From: Bacteroidia bacterium
Lineage (GTDB): Bacteria > Bacteroidota > Bacteroidia > JAIBAJ01
Length of the DNA stretch: 64,000 nucleotides
Assembly (NCBI GenBank): GCA_019695265.1
Contig: JAIBAJ010000002.1
Coordinates: forward strand, 11,822-75,821
Direction: 5' to 3'
Positions within the stretch are counted from its first letter, which is position 1; each line of letters begins with the position of its first letter. The notes beneath the pieces were generated by a model, which saw only the letters and a list, made by a program, of their open reading frames with translations, was not told the DNA's origin and did no database searches. Made by a program: the position numbers and the translations under genes. Positions 31,401-40,127 of this stretch are shown here, in pieces.

Positions 31401-32300
31401 TGATATTGCTCCGAATAAAACAGGTGTAAAAAGTAACAAGGGAATTCGAATAGATCTGAAGTACCAAATCATTATTCCAAGAATTAAAACAATCGCTAAA
31501 ATGGATGTGAATAAGGTATCCCTTTTCATTTGGCGACTATTGGAAACTGCTACTACAGGACCTCCATAAATATAGGCAGGGAAAATTGAAAATTCTTTTT
31601 CAAGGAGATCGACTAATTCCCCATTTTTCTGAGTATTATTAGAAGGGTAATTGGGGGTTATGAAAAGTATCAGGTTATGGTGATCTTTAGTTAGAATTCT
31701 TCCATCCACTATTTCAAAATTACCATCAGGCTGAATATTCTTCAATAATTTCCAGGCAATAGTTTGCAAACCAACAGGATCCTGTCCTAGGTGTTGGGTT
31801 GAAAAAATGGAAAATGGATTTTGAATTTTTTCCTTAAGATCGGCTAAAAGCCTATGACTTCCGGTATCGGTAAGTAAAGGAGAGAAGGCAGAATAATTTG
31901 AGTCAGGAATTAGGAAAACCAAATTGCGATAAAAGAAATCGAGGTAGGCCTCTAATAAGGTATCCGGGGCTTTGTAATCTATTTTTCTGATAAGATTTTT
32001 AAAAGCATTGTGTTGAAGCTTTTCAAATACCGAATCTCCAACCTGAATTAAATGGTCTTCGCTAGTGCTATCCTCTATTAGAACAATTATTTTATCTGAA
32101 AATCCGCTTTCGGATAGCAACTTGGTTGCTTGTATGGTGGTAGAGTCTTGAGGGACGAAGGCTGAAATGTCTTCGTTTAGAGTTAATTCTCTAATATTAT
32201 AGAGTGAGATCAGGAAATAGATCAGACTAGTTCCTAAAACTAGTGCTTTGTTTTTTTTAACCCAGTTCCAAATGCTATTTACCATGATTAATCGCTGCAA
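28458..32300 (-). CDS. Tri-domain fusion: MMPL-type predicted exporter (aa 1-800) + PlsC-type lysophospholipid acyltransferase (aa 805-1050) + class I SAM-dependent methyltransferase (aa 1055-1280)
   Basis: A single uninterrupted 1280-aa ORF. It has two 6-TM bundles with large loops, as in a COG4258-like exporter. The acyltransferase motifs are NHQSFLD and PEGTRS. The methyltransferase motif I is ITDIGCGYGFLTWML, with LIGLDYDES following. It lies 60 nt upstream of the hydroxylase gene on the same strand. Confidence 0.7.
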   Translation of the reverse strand: MQRLIMVNSIWNWVKKNKALVLGTSLIYFLISLYNIRELTLNEDISAFVPQDSTTIQATKLLSESGFSDKIIVLIEDSTSEDHLIQVGDSVFEKLQHNAFKNLIRKIDYKAPDTLLEAYLDFFYRNLVFLIPDSNYSAFSPLLTDTGSHRLLADLKEKIQNPFSIFSTQHLGQDPVGLQTIAWKLLKNIQPDGNFEIVDGRILTKDHHNLILFITPNYPSNNTQKNGELVDLLEKEFSIFPAYIYGGPVVAVSNSRQMKRDTLFTSILAIVLILGIMIWYFRSIRIPLLLFTPVLFGAISSLSLLGIFVGEISVIAIAAGSIVLGIAINYSLHFLTHLKHEQSIPNTLSEIARPMLVGCITTAGAFFALTLVKSQALQQLGMYAGLALIHSAIFTLLVFPLLVKEKQSSNASNLLTSWLEIPFEKNKFILISVLGFTILLLFFSDKAGFEKDLMKMNFLDEKTHLAELKLETISSNSIKNLFVANSGATLQEALEINERLNKKIEEAPFNKLIQQAITPSSLIPSLSKQTEKRRSWTNYWNKEKLVLVRKNLESQARILGFKPNSFEVFLNNLASPPKAMDEKDIKWVTTAFFNDFIFEKNGNFYLINQIKSSPENRETLTEKLIESNSGIVLDKQHLTKQFIQLVSSDFNTIIFTAGGLVFFVLLLSYGRIELTLINFLPMVLSWIWLLGIMGIFGLKFNIVNIIIGTLLFGLGDDYSIFVLGGQLEEFKTGKKVLTSFKSSIFLSALTTLIGVGVLIFAKHPALKSIALVTIIGMVGVLIISFTISPFLFRILALDRKDKNYLPYTAISFILSFIAFFYFLIGCTILNVIGAIQFRLLRQTSSRSKFFFHQCLSWFTGSLVYLMANVKKKIINQSNETFEKPAILISNHQSFLDILTIQMLSPRMILLTNEWVWNSPFFGTFIKYADYLPVADGIENNIEKLKAIVDQGYSILVWPEGTRSPTGKMKRFHKGAFLLAKELQLDIIPIITHGTGYTMSKGDFLLKNGEITLKIMPRIKAKKEKETDIGMDDFGELPADLAKNIGKWFRNNYANLCYELETPRFYKEKLIKNYIYKGPVLEWYARIKIRLEDNYTPFHKLVPLSGKITDIGCGYGFLTWMLSFLSPERKLIGLDYDESKIEVASNISTTSENVSFKSADIVKEDLENSDVFIMADVLHYLTPDEQKLVLQKMFSKLNPNGLIIIRDGDSDLLKRQRGTWLTEFFSTTIFGFNKTQNSLHFISGNWLLNFALLNGFSVDVLDTTKLTSNKIWILKPLPNFT

Positions 32301-32371
32301 AGATATATTCGTTTGTTAAGGAATGGAGTGGAAATGAATTTAGTCTTGCTAATTCAATTACTGGATTAATT

Positions 32372-33427
32372 TTGCCAAACTTTGAAATATTAATGCCACA
32401 ATTCAATAGGGAAGATCAAATTTTACTTTTAAAGGCTGGTTTGGAGCAGGAGGATGAGAAATCGTATTCCCTATTCTGTAGTTGGGTTAACCATCAGGAT
32501 TTCGAAAAGGAATTTTCGCATACGGAGTATAGGCTTTTACCTTATTTATGGTTTAGGCATAAATCAAAATTTAAGGACCATCCCATTTCAGATAGGTTTC
32601 AGGGAGTTTATAAGAGAACGCTCTTCCATAACACCCGAATGATAAAAAATGGGGTTGAAGTCAGTAAGATACTTTCTGAAAATCAGGTTCAACATGGGTT
32701 TGTAAAAGGGTTGGTATTTGTACTTAAGGTATATCCTTCTTTAGGCACTCGTCCTATGAATGACATTGACCTTTTAATCAATGAACATGACCTTGAGAAA
32801 ACTAGTCGAATATTAATAAAGGCAGGGTTCATTCCAAAAAAGAAACTGGAACATGTTAAGTTACTGAGGAAAAATTCGATTGGTTTTATTTCAAAGGAAA
32901 ATGTAGGTATTGATATACATATTAGACCTGTGGCCTTTCCGGTAGAAAATTTTGATGCAGGGTATTTCTTGGATAAATTAGATTCTTGTCAAACCCAATT
33001 GGGACATATTCCCTTGGTTTCAATTGATAAAGCGGTAGAATTTACCATATTGAATGGTTTGCTTGAAACGGATGGACATTGGTTACTTGATTTGAAATTA
33101 TCGGATCCGGAATCCAAAATTTCAACAGGATTGATAAAGAGATTGGATGAATTGAAACAAATTGCAGCAATAATTAAATTCCGTTTAAACTTGTTTAGTG
33201 AAGGAAATAATTCCTTAGTGGCAAACTCTTTGATTCCGAAAGCTTATGTGCGTTTTTTGAAAAATAAATTGAAAGATAATCCGGCTAGTTTTAGATTAGC
33301 AAATCTATATTGGTATTTTGCCCTTAAAGATGGTTTTTACAAGAGTCCTTTGTACAATGGGATGTACTATTGGCTTTATTTAAGGTATTCCTTTTTGTGG
33401 CTATTATCCAATAAAAAGTTAAGTTAA
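32372..33427 (+). CDS. Uncharacterised nucleotidyltransferase-fold protein (PF14907-like)
   Basis: LGTRPMNDIDLLI is a Pol-beta-type G[ST]...DxD motif. It is divergently transcribed from the fusion gene. Confidence 0.4.
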   Translation: MPNFEILMPQFNREDQILLLKAGLEQEDEKSYSLFCSWVNHQDFEKEFSHTEYRLLPYLWFRHKSKFKDHPISDRFQGVYKRTLFHNTRMIKNGVEVSKILSENQVQHGFVKGLVFVLKVYPSLGTRPMNDIDLLINEHDLEKTSRILIKAGFIPKKKLEHVKLLRKNSIGFISKENVGIDIHIRPVAFPVENFDAGYFLDKLDSCQTQLGHIPLVSIDKAVEFTILNGLLETDGHWLLDLKLSDPESKISTGLIKRLDELKQIAAIIKFRLNLFSEGNNSLVANSLIPKAYVRFLKNKLKDNPASFRLANLYWYFALKDGFYKSPLYNGMYYWLYLRYSFLWLLSNKKLS

Positions 33428-33544
33428 ATGGTAATGACCTATAGCTATTTCTAGGGGGGGGAAGCCTGGTTAGAAATTCTTGAATATAATATATACTTTT
33501 TAATTGTAGTTTTGTCCAAATTCAAAAGATAAATAGATAGCATT

Positions 33545-34066
33545 ATGTCAGAAATTAAACGAGTTTTTTTGGTCGATGATGACCCGTTTCAATTGGAGAT
33601 GTTTAAGGACCATCTAAGTTCTAAAACAAAATTTGAATTTTTTACATTCCAAACCGGAGAGGACGCCTTGTCGAAGTTGTCGGAATTAAAACCGGAATTG
33701 GTATTTTTAGATTATGAATTAAACAGTGTTAATGCAAAGGCAAAAAATGGCTTAGAGGTTCTCAAGGCAATTAAAAAGGAATTACCAGGAACCGAAGTTG
33801 TTATGATCAGCGGTCAAGAAAAAATTGATGTAGCTGTGAATACTATGAGGTATGGTGCGTTTGACTATATTGTTAAAAGTGAAAGTGCATTTCACCGATC
33901 TGAGAATGCAATTTTCAATATTATTAAGAGTTTAAAATTGCAGCATGATGCTGCATTTTATAAAAAGTTATCGATAGGATTTGCTGTAGCCATGGGGTTA
34001 ATGGTTTTATTGGCTGTGGTTCTTAAATTAACCGGCAATTTAAATCCTAATCCATCTTGGTCATAA
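33545..34066 (+). CDS. Membrane-anchored single-domain response-regulator receiver protein
   Basis: REC fold (VFLVDDDPF...LVFLDYEL...VVMISG...K) followed by one C-terminal TM helix LSIGFAVAMGLMVLLAVVL. There is no output domain. Confidence 0.6.
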   Translation: MSEIKRVFLVDDDPFQLEMFKDHLSSKTKFEFFTFQTGEDALSKLSELKPELVFLDYELNSVNAKAKNGLEVLKAIKKELPGTEVVMISGQEKIDVAVNTMRYGAFDYIVKSESAFHRSENAIFNIIKSLKLQHDAAFYKKLSIGFAVAMGLMVLLAVVLKLTGNLNPNPSWS

Positions 34067-34075
34067 TTCCGAACT

Positions 34076-34405
34076 ATGGTTTCAGACAAAGAAAATGAAG
34101 AGGCCAAAGAATTGGAATCGGATGGAAGACCGCGTGTAAGAGCATCTGAAAATACGGCAAAAAGGTTTAAATTTCAAAACAAGGTTAAATACCGAAAGCC
34201 ATCCAATTTAAGGCGAAAACTAAAAAAGAGGTATCAAAAATACCGGGTTTTTGCCATGTTATCTGTTATTGCTGTGATTATTATTGTTTTCCTTTTTTCA
34301 GCAGTTAAGTTTGCTATTGAAAAGAGCGATGAAAACTTGGAACAACAAAAACAAAAACGAATTAGAAAGATTATTGAACAGGAGGAAAGAAACAAAAAGT
34401 TTTAG
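34076..34405 (+). CDS. Small basic single-pass membrane protein
   Basis: 109 aa with a Lys/Arg-rich N-terminus, a TM helix FAMLSVIAVIIIVFLFSAV and a charged C-terminus. It lies 10 nt downstream of the REC gene. Confidence 0.35.
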   Translation: MVSDKENEEAKELESDGRPRVRASENTAKRFKFQNKVKYRKPSNLRRKLKKRYQKYRVFAMLSVIAVIIIVFLFSAVKFAIEKSDENLEQQKQKRIRKIIEQEERNKKF

Positions 34406-34449
34406 ATTCTCGGGACTTTATTCTATTATCTTCGCAGACTTTAAGATTC

Positions 34450-34992
34450 ATGAAGGATAAGCCTATTTATATTCACAATTCTAGATTTAAACCTGCAATT
34501 AGTGAGGAAAGGATATTGGGTGTAATTAAAGACATGGCCGATGAAATAAACAGGGATTTGGGTGATAAGAAACCGCTTTTTCTTTCTGTTTTAAATGGTG
34601 CATTTTTATTTACTGCCGATTTGATTAAGCATTTTAATAATGAATGCGAAATTTCTTTTGTTAAAATGGCATCCTACTCAGGAACAGAAAGTGGACAATT
34701 GAAAAGTTTAATCGGATTAACAGAAGATGTTGCAGGAAGGAATATTGTAATTCTGGAAGATATTATTGATTCTGGAGCTACCGTTGATGCCTTGCTGGAA
34801 GAGTTGAAAGAGAAAAATCCTGCCTCCGTTAGCGTAGCCGCCCTAATATTTAAACCGGAAGCCTTTAAACGAAATTTCGCAATCGACTATGTCGGAATAA
34901 AAATTCCAAACGACTTTATTGTTGGATATGGAATGGATTACGATGGATTAGGTCGTAATCTTCGAGATATTTATGTAATTGACCCAGAATAA
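34450..34992 (+). CDS. hpt: Hypoxanthine phosphoribosyltransferase
   Basis: PRPP-binding motif NIVILEDIIDSGATV, about 180 aa, and the conserved hpt-adk-obg arrangement. Confidence 0.85.
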   Translation: MKDKPIYIHNSRFKPAISEERILGVIKDMADEINRDLGDKKPLFLSVLNGAFLFTADLIKHFNNECEISFVKMASYSGTESGQLKSLIGLTEDVAGRNIVILEDIIDSGATVDALLEELKEKNPASVSVAALIFKPEAFKRNFAIDYVGIKIPNDFIVGYGMDYDGLGRNLRDIYVIDPE

Positions 34993-35001
34993 CCCCTCTT
35001 C

Positions 35002-35571
35002 ATGTTAAACATCGTATTATTCGGACCTCCAGGTGCAGGCAAAGGCACACAAAGCGAGAATCTAATTAAAAAATATGGTTTAGTTCATTTAAGCACAGGA
35101 GACGTTTTTAGATTCAATATTAAAAACGAAACTCCTCTTGGCAACCTTGCTAAAAGTTATATGGATAAAGGAGAATTAGTTCCTGACGATGTAACAATTC
35201 GGATGCTGGAAAGCGAAGTTCAAAAGCATGCAAGGCCTAAGGGCTTTATTTTCGATGGCTTTCCAAGAACAGCAGCTCAGGCCGAATCTCTTGACTTGTT
35301 TTTGGAATCAAAAGGTACTTCAATTGCCATGATGATAGCCCTTGAAGTCCCTGAGTCTGAGCTGGTAAAAAGATTATTACTAAGAGGAAAGGATAGCGGA
35401 AGGCCTGATGATCAAAATGAAGAAATTATTCATAATCGAATAAAAGAGTATAATAAAAAAACAGCTCCTCTTAAGGATTTTTACTCAAAACAATCGAAAT
35501 TTCGTGGTATCAATGGAATTGGAAGTATTGAGGATATTTTTTCTAGAATTTGTGACCAAATAGGTTACTAG
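35002..35571 (+). CDS. adk: Adenylate kinase
   Basis: P-loop LFGPPGAGKGTQ. The LID and NMP-binding regions are present. Confidence 0.9.
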   Translation: MLNIVLFGPPGAGKGTQSENLIKKYGLVHLSTGDVFRFNIKNETPLGNLAKSYMDKGELVPDDVTIRMLESEVQKHARPKGFIFDGFPRTAAQAESLDLFLESKGTSIAMMIALEVPESELVKRLLLRGKDSGRPDDQNEEIIHNRIKEYNKKTAPLKDFYSKQSKFRGINGIGSIEDIFSRICDQIGY

Positions 35572-35590
35572 TACACTTTAATAACTTCTT

Positions 35591-36589
35591 ATGGCTTCCA
35601 ACTTTGTTGATTATGTGAAAATTTGTTGCCGCAGTGGCAAGGGTGGGGGAGGAAGTACGCATTTCTACCGCGATAAATTAACTGCAAAAGGCGGTCCTGA
35701 TGGTGGAGATGGAGGGCGTGGAGGTCACATTATTCTTAAAGGTAATGCCCAGTTATGGACTTTACTTCATTTGAAATATATGAAGCATGTTATAGCTGAA
35801 CCGGGAGAAAGTGGAAAGGGTATGCTCAAAACCGGAAAGGATGGTAAGGATATTATTCTTGAAGTTCCTCTTGGGACTGTAGCTAAAAATGCTGAAACGG
35901 ATGAAGTGTATTTCGAAATTACTGTTGATGGTGAAGAGCGAATTTTGACCCCGGGAGGAAGAGGTGGATTAGGAAATAATCATTTCAAAACAGCAACTCG
36001 TCAAACTCCTCGTTTTTCTCAACCCGGTGAACCCGGTCGGGAAGATTGGAATATCCTAGAACTAAAAGTATTGGCAGATGTAGGATTGGTTGGATTTCCA
36101 AACGCCGGAAAATCAACTCTTCTAAGTGTTGTAAGCGCGGCTAAACCGGAAATTGCCAATTACCCTTTTACTACCCTGGTACCTAACCTTGGTATTGTTA
36201 AATACAGGGATTACCGTTCATTTATTATGGCCGATATCCCTGGTATTATTGAAGGAGCTCACGAAGGAAAAGGTTTGGGAACAAGATTCTTGCGTCATAT
36301 CGAACGAAATTCCCTGCTCTTGTTTTTAGTGCCGGCCGATTCTCCAAGCATTAAGAAGGAATACAAAATTCTTGAAAAGGAATTGAAATTGTATAATCCT
36401 GAGTTACTTCATAAAACTCGGATTTTGGCTATTTCCAAATCCGATCTCTTGGATGAAGAACTTGAAAAATTATTGAAAAAGGACCTCCCCAGAGGCATTC
36501 AATATGTTTTTATTTCTTCTCATACCGGTCAGGGTATTCAGCAACTAAAAGATAAAATTTGGTCTGAATTAAATAAACCTCAAGACTAA
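35591..36589 (+). CDS. obg: GTPase Obg
   Basis: An Obg-fold glycine-rich N-terminus (GGDGGRGG) followed by a G domain with GFPNAGKST. Confidence 0.9.
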   Translation: MASNFVDYVKICCRSGKGGGGSTHFYRDKLTAKGGPDGGDGGRGGHIILKGNAQLWTLLHLKYMKHVIAEPGESGKGMLKTGKDGKDIILEVPLGTVAKNAETDEVYFEITVDGEERILTPGGRGGLGNNHFKTATRQTPRFSQPGEPGREDWNILELKVLADVGLVGFPNAGKSTLLSVVSAAKPEIANYPFTTLVPNLGIVKYRDYRSFIMADIPGIIEGAHEGKGLGTRFLRHIERNSLLLFLVPADSPSIKKEYKILEKELKLYNPELLHKTRILAISKSDLLDEELEKLLKKDLPRGIQYVFISSHTGQGIQQLKDKIWSELNKPQD

Positions 36590-37422
36590 TTGCTTATTTC
36601 TAGTAATTCAATATCAAAAATTAATCTGGAATGCGGAGGTATTTCTGGTGGGCTACCTTTATCTCCATATCCCAAATGAGGAGGTACTATAATTCTGACT
36701 TTTTCTGTCTTATTCATTAACGGAAGAATCTCATCCCAAGCTTGAATAACCTCACCGGTTCCTACGGTAAAATGGTACGGAATTCCTGTATCATAACTTG
36801 AATCAAATTTGGTCCCATCCCATAAAAATCCTGCATAGTTTACCATGGCTTTTTGCTTTGGTAAAATAGGATTGCCATTACCTGCCTTTAAAACAATATA
36901 CCTTAATCCGGAATTTGTTCGAAGGGTATCACCCTGAATGGCTTGATAAGTGTAAGGTTTGTAAGGTTTTACTTCAACAAGTTCAAGTTCAAATACTAAA
37001 GTTGAATTAGGGGGAATTACTTCCAAGTCTTTGTTTCCATAGGCTAAGTTCGGAGGTATGGTAATAATAGCCTTATCTCCTTTATACATTTCAAGTAGGG
37101 CTTGTTCTAATCCTTTAATTATTAATCCGCTACCTATTTTAATTCCGATTGGTTGGTAACGTTCCCTACTATTGTCAAAAACCTTTCCTGTACTTAATTT
37201 GCCCAAATAATGGAAATATACCTCATCTCCTGAATGAACCTTGGGCCCATCACCTAGGGAGGTTAAGGTATATTTTACTCCTGATTTTAATTGATACTCC
37301 TTGTTGATTTCCCGTTTGGAACTCGTATTGGATTTAGCTTCGGTTAAAACTAAGTTTTGCTTGGTTTTACAGGAATTAAAACCAAGCAAAATGATAAAAA
37401 GTAAACCAAGGAGACGAACCAA
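36586..37422 (-). CDS. FKBP-type peptidyl-prolyl cis-trans isomerase with tandem FKBP domains
   Basis: Two FKBP cores ([18 protein letters not shown]...[10 protein letters not shown] and [16 protein letters not shown]...[10 protein letters not shown]). N-terminal signal peptide and lipobox (LGFNSC). Confidence 0.8.
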   Translation of the reverse strand: MVRLLGLLFIILLGFNSCKTKQNLVLTEAKSNTSSKREINKEYQLKSGVKYTLTSLGDGPKVHSGDEVYFHYLGKLSTGKVFDNSRERYQPIGIKIGSGLIIKGLEQALLEMYKGDKAIITIPPNLAYGNKDLEVIPPNSTLVFELELVEVKPYKPYTYQAIQGDTLRTNSGLRYIVLKAGNGNPILPKQKAMVNYAGFLWDGTKFDSSYDTGIPYHFTVGTGEVIQAWDEILPLMNKTEKVRIIVPPHLGYGDKGSPPEIPPHSRLIFDIELLEISN

Positions 37423-37429
37423 AGTACTT

Positions 37430-38296
37430 TTATTTTTTATTTATTTCCAATAATTCCACCTCAAATACTAAAGTAGCAAATGGAGGTAATTGTCCTCCGC
37501 CATCACCATATGCCAATTTAGAAGGGATAATTAATGTTGCCTTACTTCCTTTTTTCAATTTTGAAAATGCAAGTTCCCACCCTGGTATAACTTCTTGTCT
37601 GCCAAGTCTAAATCCAATTGGTTTTTTTCTTTTCAAACTGCTATCGAACACTTGTCCATCTAGAAATGTACCTTCATAATGTACTGTAATACTATCACCA
37701 TCTTGAGGAGTAGCACCTTTACCTTCTTTTGTTATAATGGTGTAAATTCCATTTTGGTCTGGCTTTTCCTTAATACCTTTTGAAGAAACATAACTGGCAA
37801 TTTTGCCTGCTTCCAGAGATGCCATTGCGGCCATTTCTTTTTGCATTTGTTTTTGATATTCTTCTTGGGTTTCAACTTTCACCATTTTAATATCAAATTT
37901 CAAAGCATCCCCTTCTTTAAAAAATTTAGGTTTAGGTGCTCTGCTCGAATGTTTATAAAATGAATCTGCGTTTACAATAAAGGTGGCGCTGTCTCCTTCA
38001 TTAAGCATGGCAAATCCTTCTTCAATGCTACCTGCATATTTGCTTTCCGGCATTGGGAATTTTTGCACGTTTTTGAATTTTCTGGAGTCAAATAGAACAG
38101 AATCTGTTGTAGAATTTTTTAATACAAGCTGAAGGGTAATGATATCTCCTACCGATGGTGCTTTGGCATCTTCATCGTGGTTGTGATACTGATAGAATAA
38201 ACCGGTTTCAGATTCATCAAATCCAGAATATTTTGAGTTTTTACATGAGGAAAAGGTTACTGCAGCTGCTATTCCTAAAAGGAAGATTTTTTTCAT
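37430..38296 (-). CDS. FKBP-type peptidyl-prolyl isomerase lipoprotein
   Basis: Lipobox VTFSSC, and a C-terminal FKBP core ITVHYEGTFLDGQVFDSS...LVFEVELLEI. Confidence 0.75.
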   Translation of the reverse strand: MKKIFLLGIAAAVTFSSCKNSKYSGFDESETGLFYQYHNHDEDAKAPSVGDIITLQLVLKNSTTDSVLFDSRKFKNVQKFPMPESKYAGSIEEGFAMLNEGDSATFIVNADSFYKHSSRAPKPKFFKEGDALKFDIKMVKVETQEEYQKQMQKEMAAMASLEAGKIASYVSSKGIKEKPDQNGIYTIITKEGKGATPQDGDSITVHYEGTFLDGQVFDSSLKRKKPIGFRLGRQEVIPGWELAFSKLKKGSKATLIIPSKLAYGDGGGQLPPFATLVFEVELLEINKK

Positions 38297-38306
38297 TATT
38301 GTTTTA

Positions 38307-38819
38307 CTATTTTAAATCAACTAATTCAATGTCATAAACTAGGGCGACCTTCATTGGTATTTTATTGCCATCTCCAGGCAGCCCCCATCCGAGGTGCGAA
38401 GGTAGTATAAACCTAGCCTTGGAATTTTTTTTCATAAATAAAATTCCTTCCTCTAATCCTCTTTCAACTCCTCCATGGGCAATTTCAAAAGTTTTTACCC
38501 CATCCTTATTCGAATCGTAGCAAAGGGTTCCATCTAAAAGATAAAGTTTGTACCTGATAGATGCCTTCTGTCCGGGCTGGGCTAAATTTCCTTTCCCTTC
38601 CTGATAAATTTCATACCTTAAACCTGTCCCGGTTTGGGTCATCTTCCATGCTCTTCTTTGAATGTATTGATCAATTTGGAGGGCTTCGTTCTTGGTTACA
38701 ACCCTGTTGGCCTTAACTAATGGGTCTTTATAATCTTCAGGCCGGCCCGGTGGTACATAGTCATCCGACCCGCAACCGGCAAACATAAAAATTACAAGAA
38801 TTATAGCTAAATGCCTCAT
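38307..38819 (-). CDS. FKBP-type peptidyl-prolyl isomerase lipoprotein (size and architecture resemble gliding-motility GldI)
   Basis: Lipobox FAGCGS, and an FKBP core IRYKLYLLDGTLCYDS...LVYDIELVDL. Confidence 0.7.
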   Translation of the reverse strand: MRHLAIILVIFMFAGCGSDDYVPPGRPEDYKDPLVKANRVVTKNEALQIDQYIQRRAWKMTQTGTGLRYEIYQEGKGNLAQPGQKASIRYKLYLLDGTLCYDSNKDGVKTFEIAHGGVERGLEEGILFMKKNSKARFILPSHLGWGLPGDGNKIPMKVALVYDIELVDLK

Positions 38820-38844
38820 GCTTGACTAACTTGGTTTTTGAAAT

Positions 38845-39354
38845 CTAAAATATCAAGGTAAGTGAGGAAAGTACTATTGCCCAAAAAATGACTGCCATAC
38901 TTAAATAGGTAAAAACTTTCTTTTTGTTATGAAAGTACCTAAAGGCAATAAAAGTTCCTAAGGGAATGGATAATATAACCGGGGTTATTAGTGCAATTCC
39001 TGGTAAACCAAATTTTCGAACGGTCATTACAATAATCTTATTTTTCCAGGTGAAAATTCTCTTTTTATCTATTGTAGTTATTTTCCCTTGTAATGCCTCC
39101 CTGCTTTGCTTCTCTAGTTCTTTTTTCTTTTTGGCTTTAATAATTGCCTGAAGAGCTGCTTTGCTGATTTGAAAAAATACAGATACACCTAATACTCCAC
39201 CAATGGCAGTGATAGCGAGCGTTTCAAAATAATTAAATCCATAGGCGGTAGCCAATGGTGCTGCTGTAATAAATTTTACGGCACTCATAAAGCCTACAAA
39301 TAGAATCTTAAGAATATTTTCCAGCATGTTTAATACTACAAATTTAACGGACAC
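38845..39354 (-). CDS. Hypothetical small integral membrane protein
   Basis: 169 aa with 4 predicted TM helices. No motif recognised. Confidence 0.4.
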   Translation of the reverse strand: MSVKFVVLNMLENILKILFVGFMSAVKFITAAPLATAYGFNYFETLAITAIGGVLGVSVFFQISKAALQAIIKAKKKKELEKQSREALQGKITTIDKKRIFTWKNKIIVMTVRKFGLPGIALITPVILSIPLGTFIAFRYFHNKKKVFTYLSMAVIFWAIVLSSLTLIF

Positions 39355-39410
39355 GAATCGTTATTGGTTGTTTTCTCCATAACAATTAACACTAATTCCG
39401 AAAAATAAGT

Positions 39411-40058
39411 TTATTCTTTCACACCAAAGGCTAAATCTCCTGCATCTCCCAAACCTGGAACTATATATCCATGGGCTGTAAGTTCGTCATCCACTGCTCC
39501 TGCCCAAATGGTCACATTTGACGGTAAGTTTTTCTTGGCATAATTAATTCCTTCTGTGCTTGCAATTACACATACTAAATGGGTATGCTTAGGTTTTCCT
39601 TTCGCAAGCAAGGCTTTGTAGGTTAGAACTAAGGAAGCTCCGGTTGCAAGCATAGGATCGGTTAAAATTAAAACCCTGTTGTCAAGGTTTGGACTTGAAA
39701 CATATTCTAATTTAATTTCAAAACTTCCGTCCTTGTGGTGTTTACGATATGCCGAAATAAAGGCGTTATCTGCCTGATCAAAATAATTAAGAATTCCCTG
39801 ATGCAAGGGAAGTCCGGCTCTTAATATGGTAGCTACTACCGGCTGCTCTTTCGCTAATTCAATATTGGCAATTCCGAGCGGAGTATTCACTTCTGTGGTT
39901 TCATAGGCAAATTCCTTACTAATCTCATAGGCTAATACTTCTCCAATGCGTTCAATGTTTCTTCTAAACCGCATCCGATCTTTTTGAATAGTCTCATCCC
40001 TTATTTCTGCAAGGAATTGATTGAAAACTGAGTTCGATTTTCCTATAATATTTACCAT
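39411..40058 (-). CDS. upp: Uracil phosphoribosyltransferase
   Basis: PRPP-binding motif VLILTDPMLATGAS and the C-terminal uracil-binding GYIVPGLGDAGD. Confidence 0.9.
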   Translation of the reverse strand: MVNIIGKSNSVFNQFLAEIRDETIQKDRMRFRRNIERIGEVLAYEISKEFAYETTEVNTPLGIANIELAKEQPVVATILRAGLPLHQGILNYFDQADNAFISAYRKHHKDGSFEIKLEYVSSPNLDNRVLILTDPMLATGASLVLTYKALLAKGKPKHTHLVCVIASTEGINYAKKNLPSNVTIWAGAVDDELTAHGYIVPGLGDAGDLAFGVKE

Positions 40059-40127
40059 GGCGCAAGTATACTACTTATGCCTAAATGATAGTGTAATTCC
40101 ATGTGAATTTGAAACGAAAAAACTAAA

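Noticed and set aside
27517-33427. Calling the hydroxylase / exporter-acyltransferase-methyltransferase locus a flexirubin or aryl-polyene biosynthetic gene cluster
   Set aside because: No ketosynthase, ACP, ketoreductase, dehydratase, ammonia-lyase, CoA ligase or DarA/DarB genes are present within 10 kb on either side. Only the tailoring and export-type functions are present, so a BGC call is not supported.
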